Positions 46,250 to 59,077 of a stretch of 64,000 bases of DNA are shown piece by piece. A model generated the notes under the pieces. That model worked only from the letters and a program-made list of their open reading frames with translations, did not search any database and was not told the DNA's origin. How positions within the stretch are numbered: position 1 is the stretch's first letter; the number at the start of each line of letters is the position of its first letter. The position numbers were made by a program, and so were the translations under genes. Origin of the DNA: Rhizodiscina lignyota. Taxonomy: Eukaryota. The stretch lies in assembly GCA_010015805.1 (NCBI GenBank), contig ML978128.1, positions 62,001-126,000 of the forward strand. Reading direction: 5' to 3'.

Positions 46250-48958
46250 ATGGCAGCCGTTGCTAACGCGCCGCGCACCATTAGCAAACCCGCCGAGGAC
46301 ACCGACGTCGACCAAATCGGCTCAACCTCTTCCACTCCACCCGGCGCCGCCACTCCTCGTCCAGACCTCACGGACAAACGTTTGCCTGGAATACTCCACA
46401 CCTATTTTGGGCAGGTTCGTGACTCCCACACATCTAGTCCTCAATCACACCCCAAGGCCTCCCCTCCACAATCTACACCTGCATCACACACAACACCGCG
46501 TAAGACGCAGCAGGAGGAGCAGGGTAGCATGGGCAACACTATGGGTGTCCGTACGCTGCCCACCGCTCCAGCTTCACCTGCGGAAGCGAGTCTCGCCTCA
46601 GATGACATGGCGCCACTCCTTCCACACGAACAATTACAGTTGCCCCTTCGCCCCCAGCCTGCGTCACGAGAGCCCTCTGCAGCATATCCGACGCCTCCAG
46701 TATCGTCTGCGTCATCAATGCACAAGGTGCGACCGGAAGAAGAGCCTGGTGGGATGGGTGTGGGCAGGCTCTCGCTAAATCCTCGCTCGACATCGTCGCA
46801 AGATGGTCCAGCGAAAGAAGGAGTCTTGCCATCATCTACCCGCAGACACACCATCAACTTCTCCAGTCCACTCGCTCTCGTCACCGCGTCCGCACACATT
46901 TCGAATCCTGCAACCCAAATTTCCTCGACTACCCCTTCTAGCCCCATAATCGCAGCATTATCTGCATCGCGGCGCGCATCTCTTTCCAAGTCTCCCATTA
47001 AGGGCAAAGAGCTAACTGAGAGCTCCCTGAGCAATCAGAACACGCCCCCTCAGACACCTCGAACACGTTCGCACGAAGGCAAACCGACTCCATCGAAACG
47101 CTCGCAGTTGATCAAGGAAGCCGAGGAAGCGACGATAGGCCCGGTACTCGGGAAGTTGTCAGTATGCATCACCGAAGGCCGAGGACTGCGTCCAAGTAGC
47201 GATCCGTACGTGGTATGTCAGTTTCAACAGGCCGAGTACATCTCAGAGGGCCCAAGAAACACGGATGATGGATCTCTGGGCACAGGAGCCATACCGATGC
47301 AGAGGTCCGGGAGTGATACCGGCCGACCAAGAGCGATACCAATGAAGAGCAGGCAGAGCAGTCACACAGGACTTCCAGACCTGAATTTGGTCAGGACAGG
47401 AAGCAGACAGGTTACGGATCCCGTCTGGGTGCACGAGGCGACATTGTGAGCACTATTCCTATTTCTAACCATTCGAATCAATGGGTCTATTGCTAATAGC
47501 GATTCCAGTGATGTCGTTGGTGAGCATTCTGAAATCGACATCTCTATATATGATCGCTCTGGTGAGACCTTCATTGGTCATGTCCGGTTTTGCCCTTCTT
47601 TGATTGAATACGACGCGCCTTACGACGCTTGGTTCCACCTCGAGCCTCGAGAAGGTGAAGACGAATCGAACGTAACCGGCGAGATCCACCTGCGGATAAG
47701 TTTCAAAAAGACGGAGAAGAAGCACTATGGTCCACAAGATTTCCAGGTCCTGAAACTCATTGGCAAGGGAACTTTCGGTCAAGTTTTCCAGGTGCGAAAG
47801 AAAGATACGCAGAGAATCTACGCGATGAAGGTGCTGTCTAAGAAGGTGATTGTCCAAAAGAAAGAGGTGGCACACACTCTTGGTGAACGCAACATTCTTG
47901 TCCGCACAGCCATGGCGGACTCGCCCTTCATTGTCGGCCTCAAATTCTCATTCCAGACACCTACTGATCTCTACCTCGTGACCGATTACATGTCTGGCGG
48001 TGAGCTTTTCTGGCATCTGCAGAAAGAGGGCAGGTTTCAGGAACACCGCGCCAAGTTCTACATTGCCGAACTCATCCTTGCTCTCCAGCACCTTCACGAG
48101 CACGACATTGTCTACCGCGATCTCAAACCGGAAAACATCCTTTTGGACGCCAACGGCCATATTGCCCTATGCGATTTTGGCTTGTCCAAGGCCAATCTGG
48201 CAGAAAATGCAACCACAAACACCTTCTGCGGAACCACCGAGTACCTTGCTCCGGAAGTTCTTCTAGACGAGCATGGTTACACGAAGATGGTTGACTTCTG
48301 GTCTCTCGGTGTTCTCGTCTTCGAAATGTGTTGCGGATGGAGTCCTTTCTATGCTGAAGACACACAACAGATGTACAAGAACATAGCATTTGGCAAAGTC
48401 CGCTTCCCCCGCGATGCTCTCTCAAACGAAGGTCGGAACTTCGTCAAAGGACTCCTCAACCGCAACCCGAAGCATCGTCTCGGCGCTGAAGGTGATGCTC
48501 AGCAACTCAAGAACCATCCCTTCTTCAACGATATCGATTGGGACGCACTGGCAAAGAAGAATGTCGTCCCCCCATTCAAGCCTGTCCTCAAGGGCGAACT
48601 AGACGTTTCCAACTTCGACCCAGAGTTCACGAATGCACTCAACAGTGGTGCTGGATCTCTCAATGCACGCGCGGCTGCCATTGCAGGAGCAGTAAATCCC
48701 GCGTCAACACCGCTGTCGCCGACAGTTCAGGCAAACTTCAAAGGCTTCACGTTTGTCGATGAAAGCGCGATGGAGAAGCAATTCGCTAACCACTCTATCA
48801 ATGATGACGATGGCCAAGACCGCATGGACGAGGACAGGGGCGACGATGACTGGGAGATCGTTAGCCGTAATCGCGGTGATCGCATGAGCGGCATCGTACC
48901 CAGCAGCACCACCATGGGCCCAGGCGAGCACGACGATACTGGGTTCCAGATGGACTGA
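46250..48958 (+). CDS. SCH9: AGC serine/threonine kinase Sch9 with C2 domain (exons 46250-47445, 47509-48958)
   Basis: C2 domain (GKLSVCITEGRGL..DPYVVC, VHEATF|DV), kinase motifs LIGKGTFGQV, YRDLKPEN, DFGLSK and TFCGTTEYLAPE, and hydrophobic motif FKGFTFV. Confidence 0.96.
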
Positions 48959-50112
48959 ACGGCCGGTGTACAACGAAACATACACGTCGGGCAGTTGACG
49001 ATGTTAATGTCAACAACTATGTGATTTGAAGGTCGAGGCAGTACACATGTCAACAGCGGGATGGGATGCAATGGAAAAGTTTCTGATTTCGATCTGGATA
49101 CGGATTACCATCGACATGAGCTATGGTGTTGAGGTGGGAACACGACGCGGCGGGTGAACGATGGTCGCGAACGTCCTACGAAGTGACGCTGGACGTCGAA
49201 GCACAATTTTCTCTTAATTCGCTAATAGGCGACTGGGACAATCGGTGAAATGAAGCTGTACAGAAAAGAGAAAATGATACCATCGAATCGCCGACGAACG
49301 TATCCTGTCCCCCAAGCTCACCTTTACGACGACTGCGTAACGAATCGTTTTTCCACTTGCAAACGGCATTCACCTTTTTTTTTCGTAGCCTGGCATTTAC
49401 ATGGTGCTTCGAGGGTCTGCGTATGGCATTGCTTGCATATCTCTGGCTTTTTCTACCCCTTCAAATGAACCTCTATCTTTCAACGAGCTTTTCATAGTGC
49501 TATTTTTCTCATCCCAGCGCCGCACCATTGCCCCTGTGCTTTCGTGCATCCAGCAACACATTGCAATGATTTCCACCATAACCAGTTCCATAAACAGAAT
49601 GGGGTAGCAGTGTGTAAATATGATCTAAATCACAAATTGAGGCACGGTGAAAATACAATGAAGAAATTAAATCAATTTCGTCCCTGGTGACACTTATCTA
49701 GCCACGACACTTGGGACTTCACGACTATTTAACTACACTTCCTAACACACCAATTCGTTTATAAATACCATCTTTTGACCGCTAATATTTCCCCAAATTA
49801 CAAACCTTGATTAGTTTCTACCAACAACGCTCTGCTGATTTCGAACCTCGGTAAGCGGACTCGACGGCCGGCAGAACTCCATAGCTTTCCCCAGACAGCA
49901 CGCGAAAGCCCCGCCTCACCACCACTCACAGCACGCCTTTTGACTCGAGCTGGTTTACCGCCAATTGCCGGGGCGTTCGTGCTTTATACACATATCTCGA
50001 ATCTCTCGGCCACATTTTCGTAGTTAAAGCTTTGGTACTAGCCTTTTGCTATTTCCCCACAAGAGCTTGGACCTAGCTGTATACACGGCACGTGGAAATA
50101 CCTAATCCCACA

Positions 50113-51281
50113 ATGAGCGGACCAGGCGCTGGATTCGAGTATCCGCGATACGACGTATCATGGCTGAAGAGGGACGTCTTGCTGTTCGCGAACAGCATTG
50201 GGTGCACTGTCGATGAGCTACATTTCCTCTATGTGAGTTTCACCATCTAGTCTCGTCCCAACTCATTGTCTTGCCTGGAAAAAGACAGGCATGAGACACC
50301 AGCACACGTGCTCCCCATAGAGCCCCTTATATACCTTTCTAGCGTGTCGTAATATAACACGCGAACATCCAACTAACCCATCCCTAGGAACTCCACCCCA
50401 ACTTCGCCGCCTTCCCCACCTACCCCATCATCCTGCCCTTCAAGCACACCGACCAGGAGATCATCGACTTCTACAAGCGCAGCGGGGCCGTGCCCATCCC
50501 CGGCGTGCCCAAGTTCGACAACCGCCGCTCGCTCGACGGCGAGCGCCACATCTTCTTCTACAAGCCGCTGCCGCCGACGAGCGCCGGCCGCCAGTTCGAG
50601 ATCCGGAGCAAGGTGCTGGGGGTGTACGACAAGGGCAAGCCGGGCAGTGTGATCGAGACCGAGGTGTTATTGGTGGACAAGGAGACCGGGGAGGTGTATA
50701 GTAAGGTTATTGGGAGTGGGTTTGCGGTGGGTCAGGGTGGGTGGGGTGGACCGAAAGGTTAGTGCTCATTTTTATATGTTTCTGCTGTTTCGCTTGATTA
50801 GCAGTTTGTCTGGAGCAGGTCTGCTAACACAGCACGTATAGGACCAAAGGCCCCAACATACGCCCCTCCCGCGAACAAGAAGCCCGACGCCGTCTTCGTC
50901 TTCCAGACCACGCCGGAAACCGCACACCTCTACCGCCTGAATGGCGACTATAACCCGCTCCACGCCGACCCGGAGCCGGGCAAGAAGATGGGCTTCGGCG
51001 GCGCCATCATGCACGGCCTCTTCTCGTGGAACTCGACCGCACACGGCGTCCTGCAGTGCCTGGGCGGCAGCGACCCGAAGAACCTGAAGGAGTATCAGGC
51101 GCGGTTCGCGAGCCCCGTGAAGCCGGGCGACAAGCTGATCACGGAGATGTGGAGGATGGGCAACCCGGACCGGGAGGGCTTCGAGGAGGTGCGGTTTACG
51201 GTGCGCGTGGAGGGCGGGAAGACGGTGTTGACGAATGGGAGGGCGATTATTAAGGTTGTGGGGGAGAAGAGCAAGCTGTAG
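50113..51281 (+). CDS. Peroxisomal MaoC-like dehydratase (enoyl-CoA hydratase 2 type), 3 exons (50113-50232, 50388-50757, 50842-51281)
   Basis: WLKRDVLLFA, LY|ELHPNFAAFPTY and YRLNGDYNPLHADP..IMHGL (hydratase-2 motif), with a C-terminal SKL PTS1. Confidence 0.93.
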
Positions 51282-51570
51282 ATAGGCGCGTGATCTATAT
51301 TGAAAAAGTCTGGTCAGCTTTGATCCATTCTCGATTGATGAATCGCATTTCAAGAGTTCCTAATGCCTGATACTTCGTGGCAGGGATGATGCGACTAAGA
51401 AGGGCAGATCCACGTGCCGCCTTACCGGAATAAGCAAGGGATACAATTATAGCGTTGGGGGATGACGGGAGCTAGTAATCCACCATCTCCCGTTTCTTTC
51501 AGTTTTGCTCTCTATTCTCGACTAAAGTATGCATGAGGATACCTTATAGCACTGTCGAAGAAGAGAGACT

Positions 51571-53501
51571 ATGCCGAAGCCGACCGTTGAACATGCCGAA
51601 GACGATGACCACCACTCGGACCACGAGTCTGTGGGATCAGATGAACTCGAGGCGACGGAAACTCAGCCGCTGCGGACCCCGTCAAGAGAAGGGCTGGCAG
51701 ACGATGTTGCCGAGTTCGCCAGAGGCTACAACCTCATGCACAAGCTGGAGATATTTGAAAAAGCAGCAGCTTTGATTCAAAGTAGCACTGCCATCGAGGA
51801 CATCCCCAGCATCACGGACGAGGAGATCGCGGCACTGCGGCGAGAGACGGAGCGCAAATGGAGCCAGCCGAAGATGTTGTACTTTACCATCCTCGTTTGT
51901 TCAATTGGCGCTATCGAGCAAGGCTGGGCCCAAACGAGCATGAATGGCGCCAACTTGTATTTCCCTAGGGAGTTCGGCATTGGATCACCGAGTCCAAGGG
52001 ACAAGCTTATCGTTGGATTGATTAACAGTGGCATATATCTCAGTACTGGGATCATGTGAGACTGCCATCTCCACTTGAAGCTTTGTACTGATCGTAGCAG
52101 CGGTGCCTGGCTTTCCGAGCCTATCAATCGTCGAGTTGGACGGAGAGGAGCAATCTTTATGGCCAGCTGGGTGTGCCTAATTTCCAACATTGCATCTGCT
52201 CTTAGCGGAAGTTGGCTCGTACTATTACTCTTTCGCGTCCTTCTAGGAGTCGGGCTTGGTATAGACGCGAGCACCGTATCGGTCTTCGCCGCCGAGTGTG
52301 CTCCTTCCGCCATAAGAGGTGGGCTCGCCGTGTCATGGCAGATGTGGGTAGCCTTTGGCATATTCTTAGGCTTTGTTGCGAATGTGGCAGTCTATGATGT
52401 GAGCCTCCCTGCGAATCCTGTCAGGGATACTTAATTGACGATGCACAGTTCCCAAATCCATGGAGGCTACAACTGGCTGCACCACTTCTTCCGACAATAC
52501 CGCTCCTCATTATGGTCTTTATGAGTCCGGAGTCCCCCGCTTGGTATATCAAGAGCGAGGCACGCTACGATCTAGCATTCCGTTCCCTATGTAAACTGCG
52601 CAACACAGAGTTGCAGGCAGCCAAAGAGGTGTATGCAGCTTACTTGCAGCATCAAGCTAAAGGCATCGCTCCAGAAGCAAAGTCGTCCTTCTTGACGAAG
52701 ATGGTTGAGCTGGTCTCCGTTCCACGTATACGGCGAGCGACCATTGCTTCGTACACTGTCATGCTTTCACAGCAGCTTTGCGGGATCAACATAATCGCAT
52801 TCTACTCCTCGTCGATCTTCGTTGATGCTGGCTTCTCCGATTTCGGCGCTCTCCTAGCATCTTGCATATTCGGCTTTGTCAACTTTGTCGGCGCTTTTCC
52901 GGCAGTTTGGACAATGGACACTCTGGGGCGACGGTCGCTTCTGCTTTTGACTCTGCCCTTCATGGCGTTGACCATGTTTGCGGCCGGCTTAAGCTTCAGT
53001 ATCCCAGAGGATAACCCAGCACACTTTGCCCTCTTGGCGACGATGATCTATCTCTTCTGCGCCGAGTATTCGCCTGGAATGGGGCCAGTACCAAGCGCAT
53101 ACTCAGCGGAGGTATTCCCGCTATCGAACCGCGACGTCGGAATGAGTCTAGCGGTGGCAACCGCCAACGTCTGGGCTGCAGTGCTCTCGTTGACCTTCCC
53201 TAGGATCATGGAAGCTCTCAGGCCGCAAGGCGCCTTTACGCTCTATGCGGCGTTGAATGTCGTGGCGGTTATTTTGGTGTTCTTCTTTGTTCCGGAGACG
53301 AAGCGGAAATCCTTGGAGGAGTTGGACGAGGTATTTTCCGTGCCCACGAGAACGTTCGTTAGGTATCAGACGACAGAGTATTTGCCATGGTTCGTACGTC
53401 GGTATATTCTGAGGCAGAAGGGGGCAGAGCTGAGACCGCTTGGACTTGGTGGAGAATATAGACAGGTCGGCCAGGAAGACGATGACGATGAGGAATCGTA
53501 A
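51571..53501 (+). CDS. MFS sugar porter (inositol/polyol transporter-like), 3 exons (51571-52055, 52101-52398, 52449-53501)
   Basis: GRRGAI, AECAP..IRGGL..WQ, PESP, QQLCGINIIAFYS, DTLGRR and VPETK motifs. Confidence 0.93.
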
Positions 53502-54355
53502 GGAACTCGAGAATCTCGGGGGTGTGCTACTCAAAACCATGCTCCTGGAATATCATTTGAAAGGGAATGAAAATATCAAGATATAACATTTACCCAATTA
53601 TTATATATGCTTAAAGCCGTTGTTAGCAAGCGGCCCGAACATTATTTCGCTCTCTGCTCGATCTTCTGGATGTCTCTCGCCCCACCGAGAGCTTGAGAAT
53701 TCTCTGCCAATTTTCCAATTGTCGCAGTCCAAAAAGCGCCAAGATCTTGAGATTGCATTTTCTATATTCCCTAGCTGTTCGTCATCAGGGCAGCCACACG
53801 GACATGAAGGATCGAAGATGCTTACTCCGAGACACGCAAGGACCACCGCGAAGTAGTTTGAGGCTCTGTGGTGGCAGTGCGGAGTAAGATCACCACCTTA
53901 GACTTGACTGCGTATCAATGATTATCGCCACAGTTTTTGTGCAGTATTCTCCCAGTGTTTCATCAGGCTATTATCCAGTCGACTGTGACACGGTTACACG
54001 GAAGAGGCGAGTTTCGAGCGCTTTTCCATGTATAAAGAAAATGTGCGTGATTGGACAATGAAAGCACTCGCCACCCCCTGTGTTGCTATTTTCGGCGAAA
54101 TTCGATAGCTCCAGGTCCGCACTCAGCCAAACGCCCATCGGCTCTCCATTGTCCAACTCGCCGCCGCTATGCGTCTATCACGAGGTTTGTGCCGCCGTCA
54201 CTGCCTTCTTCTGGCACCGGCTTGCGACTTGTCCTCGCGGCTATCTTTCTTTATAACCTGAACAGTTCCTCGCAGACGATCCTTCTAGTCACACCTTGCC
54301 AACAACAATCAACCTTCAGCCTCAAGCTACAAACTTCTAGCAGAATTCGGACAAG

Positions 54356-54933
54356 ATGAGAGTCCTCCTTCCCTTCCTCTTCGCGGTGACTGCGCTGGCC
54401 GTGACGTAAGCTCCCCAGTACATTGCATTCCAAATTGCGGATAGGATTTATAAAACTGACTGTTTCACTCTAGGACGAGTCCCAACGCGTGGGACTCTGC
54501 TGCGTCAGTCACCACTCCTTCGGACTACCCTTCTGCTACCTCTTCTACGGGTACATCAGACTCCGGTTCGTCAGATTCCGCTTCAACCTCTGCCGATACC
54601 TCTGTCAACACCAAAAGCCCTCCTCCAGTCCCTGCCTTTGTTCCGGCGTCGGAAGCCGCGACGGCCTCGTCCCTCACGGCGGCCTCGGGAGTAACTCAGA
54701 TCACAGGCACACATCATTCGGCTTCTACAACGAAGGATACCTCGAGCATAAGCAAGGCTCCACAGGACGCGTCGCCGACTTCCCTCAGCACGTCTGCGTC
54801 TAGCACGGACTCTGGCTCTTCTTCAGCCAGTGCTGCGAGCCAGACGTCTTCGAGCGTGAGCACTGCTGGAGCTGCGATTGCTACGGCTATGCCTGCCGCC
54901 CTGGGCTTGGTGGGCCTGATATTTGCTCTTTGA
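54356..54933 (+). CDS. Small secreted Ser/Thr-rich protein, probably GPI-anchored, 2 exons (54356-54405, 54474-54933); absent from the ORF track
   Basis: Signal MRVLLPFLFAVTALA, intron GTAAGC..CTGAC..TAG, 510-nt CDS ending AMPAALGLVGLIFAL*. Confidence 0.8.
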
Positions 54934-55504
54934 GTTGCTGCCATAATACCAGCACTTTTGGCCCCTTTCGATTCCGCCTGTATCGATTATACCAGATGAG
55001 CGTGGAGTTTCGTGCGTTACGGATTCTGGTAATTTTACAGTCACATAGGGTGTACAAAAATACCAATTTGGCCAGCACAGCACTTTCATCCAAAGCATAT
55101 GTGTTTGAGACAACGAGAACACTGTAATGCAGGAACTCGGTCTGTCCCTTAGTTGATGTTTCGAAACTGTACGGCGCGACATGACTCCTCACGATTGAAA
55201 TTTCCAAGCCCGATTCAAAATGTTGCGGAGGGGCAGTAAGTTTACAGGTGATGCCAATGTCTCTGCTATAGTATTTATGATTTTATCGCTACGTGGAAAT
55301 CCGCAATGGAGCTGCATCTTTTCTCTGTTTCATTGATTGTCTTCCATCAAAGGCTTGCTTCATATGCACATGAAGCTCCTATGATGATTTGCTTCATTGT
55401 CCTATCAAGTGCATGATGTGTTGGACAAACTTTATGAAGAGTATATATATCTCTGATTTTTACACTCTCTTGAATGTCTTTTTTATCTTCATTGGCCGTT
55501 TACG

Positions 55505-56172
55505 ATGGAAGAAATCACCGTGACACCACCTGCAAAACCTGAAAACATCTACATCATCGGCGTGCCCAATGCACGGGCAAAACGACACTCGTGGAAGCTC
55601 TAAGAGATTACTTCTCACGCGTCTCATACCAGAACAAGCCCGAGATCATCGACGAAGTCGCACGTGTGTATTTCCACGAATGGGGTATCACTCGTGAAAA
55701 GAGGAACGCTACTGCAGACATTGCTTTAAAGCATCAACGGATTATTTTGGGAAGACAAAATGCGACAGAAGAGCGTGCACTGGATGACAATGAGTGGTAC
55801 ATCTCTGATCGCTCGGCCATCGATGCGCTAGTGTACGCTCCCAACAATGAAGGAAGAGCAGCTCTATTGAGAACCAAGGATTTCGAAGAGATGGAAGTGA
55901 GAATGAAGAATTCTCTGGTTGTACTGTGTGAGGCGCCGTGTAGCTGGGGTATGAAGGATGATGGAGTGAGAGGCATCCCGGAGAGTAAGAGGGCATGGAA
56001 GAAGATAAGCGACGACTTCAAACAGGTGCTTGGCGAGCGGAACATTACGTTCTGCACATTGGGTGAGGGCTTTGAACATGTTCTGCTTAGACGGAATATG
56101 GTTTTGAAATGGTGGTCGATGTCACGAGAAGGGAGGTTTGGGGAGAGAGTGACTTGGCCATCACGTCTTTGA
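55505..56172 (+). pseudogene. P-loop NTPase (AAA_28 / NadR-kinase-like) with a frameshift in Walker A
   Basis: MEEIT..NIYIIG is in one frame and AQCTGKTTLVEAL..DEVAR..ISDRSAIDALVY..DDGVR in another. About 2 extra nt lie near 55560. Confidence 0.72.
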
Positions 56173-56948
56173 GTCTGTTGGTGACGACCTTTGAAATTTC
56201 GGAATAGATGTTCGTGAATCAACTTGCAAGTCCTTCCTCTCTCGCACAATCTAACGTATGCAAAGGTTTCGTGAAGACGTAGATAGGCCCCGCTAGACAG
56301 AGGTCACCCTGTCCAATGGTTATCAGTTCTTTTGACATCGCAAAATTCCTTCACTGTGCAATTAAATAAACACTTTCCCACAAGAAGAGCAGGTGAGTGA
56401 GAGGGTGCAATGTTCTTGGTACCGGAAATCCATGATTAGGTCAGTGGCAAAAGTACTCTGGGCTGATAGGTAAGTTCCGATCAATGGACGTTAGACAGTT
56501 TCACGCACACCTCTTCCAGCAAATTGAACCAGTAATGTCTCGATCCTTGCAAGTGAAAATTTTCGGGAAAACTGAGAAAAAGGTCGGCGGCAGATCCGAG
56601 CGCTCACGTTACGGATCGTCTTTCCCCGGGCGGGATAGCGCAAGAGTACTATAGTGGAACCAACGGGATCACTCCGCACTGATGGAGGAAAAGTTTCGCT
56701 CCAGTGCATACTCATATCAGTTAGAGCGACGGCACTTATCGAATGATTTATATTTGAGCCTCATGACGAATGGTTAGGTGCAACATTCCTGCTTCAGCTC
56801 TCTTGTCCAACTTTTCCTTCTCATAGCGCTGGATCCACCTCTGGATTGAATTTCAAAAGCTGTGTTTCGTCCTATTATTAATTCACCATCTTTTGACGGT
56901 CAGAGAGACAAGCTCGCATCACTTCTGACGGGAAACCGAGAGACAAGC

Positions 56949-58583
56949 ATGACGACCAATTTCCTCGCCGAGAATGAAGTGAACTCCTTCGACTTTGTCA
57001 TTGTAGGCGGCGGAACGGCCGGATGTGTGATAGCAAGTCGGTTGTCAGAGTACCTTCCTCAGAAGCGTGTCCTTCTCATCGAAGCCGGACCTAGTGACTA
57101 CCAGGATGACCGAGTACTTCTCCTGAAGGACTGGCTCGCTTTACTAGGTGGTGAGCTCGACTACGACTATCCCACAACAGAGCAGCCGAATGGCAATTCA
57201 CATATAAGACACTCACGTGCCAAGGTACTTGGAGGCTGCTCAAGCCACAACACGCTGATCTCGTTCAGACCATTCGAGTATGACTGTCAGAGATGGGAAG
57301 CGCAAGGTTGCAAAGGATGGGGTTTCAAGACCTTCATGAGAGTTATCGACAATTTGCGGAACACGGTGCAGCCAGTTCACGAACGCCACCGGAACCAACT
57401 GTGTTTGGACTGGGTAGAATCATGCTCCACAAGCTTGAATATCCCCACGTATCACGATTTCAACAAGGAAATTAAGAGCAAGGGAAAGCTTGCTCAAGGT
57501 GTTGGCTTCTTCAGTGTGTCATACAACCCGGACGATGGCCGTAGAAGCAGTGCGAGCGTTGCCTATATCCATCCGATCCTTCGAGGAGAGGAGAAAAGAC
57601 CAAATTTGAAGATCCTGACCAATGCTTGGGTCAATCGCGTAAATGTTCAAGGAGAGAAGGTGACAGGTGTGTCTCTTAGACTCCAAACTGGCGAGCAGCG
57701 CGACATTCGGGCCAGAGCAGAAACAGTTCTCTGTGCTGGCGCAGTCGACACTCCGCGTCTCCTACTTCTCTCCGGAATCGGTCCACAGCTCCAGCTCGAA
57801 AGTCTCCAGATTCCAGTCGTCCGCGATATTCCTGGTGTGGGAGAAAACCTGGTTGATCATCCTGAGAGCATGATCATGTGGGAGCTCAATCGACCCGTGC
57901 CGGTCAACCAGACGACCATGGATTCAGATGCGGGTATCTTCCTCCGACGAGAGGTGCCAAATGCTGCGCCTGACGGCAAGGACGGGGATGCTGCAGACAT
58001 TATGATGCATTGTTATCAGATTCCATTTTGCTTGAACACTGCAAGACTTGGATACGACACGCCGATTGATGCATTCTGCATGACACCTAATATTCCTCGG
58101 CCGAGGAGCAGAGGCCGCATTTACCTCACGAGTGCGGATCCCGTAGTCAAACCGGCACTGGATTTCAGATACTTTACGGACCCGGAGGGATATGATGCTG
58201 CCACAGTGGTCGCAGGCATTAAAGCTGCGCGAAAAGTTGCGCAGCAAGAGCCATTCAAGAGCTGGCTGAAGCGGGAGGTCGCTCCAGGGCCAAAGATTCA
58301 GAGTGATGAGGAACTGAGCGAGTACGCGAGGAGAGTTGCACATACTGTATACCACCCTGCGGGAACTACCAAGATGGGGGACACGGAGAGGGATAAGATG
58401 GCCGTTGTAGATTGCGAACTGAAAGTCAAGGGGCTGAAGGGACTGAGAATTGCGGACGCAGGCGTGTTCCCAGAAATGACGAGTGTTAATCCTATGTTGA
58501 CAATACTTGGTGTTGGAGAGAGGGCTGCAGAGATGATTGCGGAGACATGGGGCTGGAGAGGACTAGAGAAGGAAAAGCTATGA
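56949..58583 (+). CDS. codA: Choline oxidase (GMC oxidoreductase)
   Basis: Intronless. FVIVGGGTAG, RHSRAKVLGGCSSHN (His at the flavinylation position of choline oxidases), GAVDTPRLLLLSGIG, HTVYHPAGT and VNPM. Confidence 0.88.
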   Translation: MTTNFLAENEVNSFDFVIVGGGTAGCVIASRLSEYLPQKRVLLIEAGPSDYQDDRVLLLKDWLALLGGELDYDYPTTEQPNGNSHIRHSRAKVLGGCSSHNTLISFRPFEYDCQRWEAQGCKGWGFKTFMRVIDNLRNTVQPVHERHRNQLCLDWVESCSTSLNIPTYHDFNKEIKSKGKLAQGVGFFSVSYNPDDGRRSSASVAYIHPILRGEEKRPNLKILTNAWVNRVNVQGEKVTGVSLRLQTGEQRDIRARAETVLCAGAVDTPRLLLLSGIGPQLQLESLQIPVVRDIPGVGENLVDHPESMIMWELNRPVPVNQTTMDSDAGIFLRREVPNAAPDGKDGDAADIMMHCYQIPFCLNTARLGYDTPIDAFCMTPNIPRPRSRGRIYLTSADPVVKPALDFRYFTDPEGYDAATVVAGIKAARKVAQQEPFKSWLKREVAPGPKIQSDEELSEYARRVAHTVYHPAGTTKMGDTERDKMAVVDCELKVKGLKGLRIADAGVFPEMTSVNPMLTILGVGERAAEMIAETWGWRGLEKEKL

Positions 58584-59077
58584 GACAGACTTGGAGGCTT
58601 CTTGCATCATCAGCTTTAGAGATGCTTTAGAAAGCGAGAACCTAGAGCTAGCTAGAGTGATATTCCTAGTCATTCAAAATTTCTGAAAAGGGGTCAATGC
58701 GATGTGATGAGGCTTGTCGCTGCGGCCGTACCCAGAACTCCTACCCTTTACGCCTTCACGCAACTTTGACCGCAACTAGCGACTACAGACCTCTTCGTGC
58801 AACATTGTATACGATGTACACCTGACAAGAATATACAATCCATCCCGCGTGGCAATTTTCAAGGCAGGTGATCTCTTGGCGTCATTTTCCTTACCTTTGC
58901 CCGAAGCGGAATTTTTGTCCTACTACAATCGAGCTCCTCCACCTCCCGCAATTGAACTGTCACGAGCGGCCCCATCAGCATTATAGGCCTTATCCAGGGT
59001 ACCATTTGCTTTTCTTTTGTTGAGGACTCTTTCATACCTGCTCTCTGAAGTCATTGTCGGTCTCCTCTCGGTGCGTG

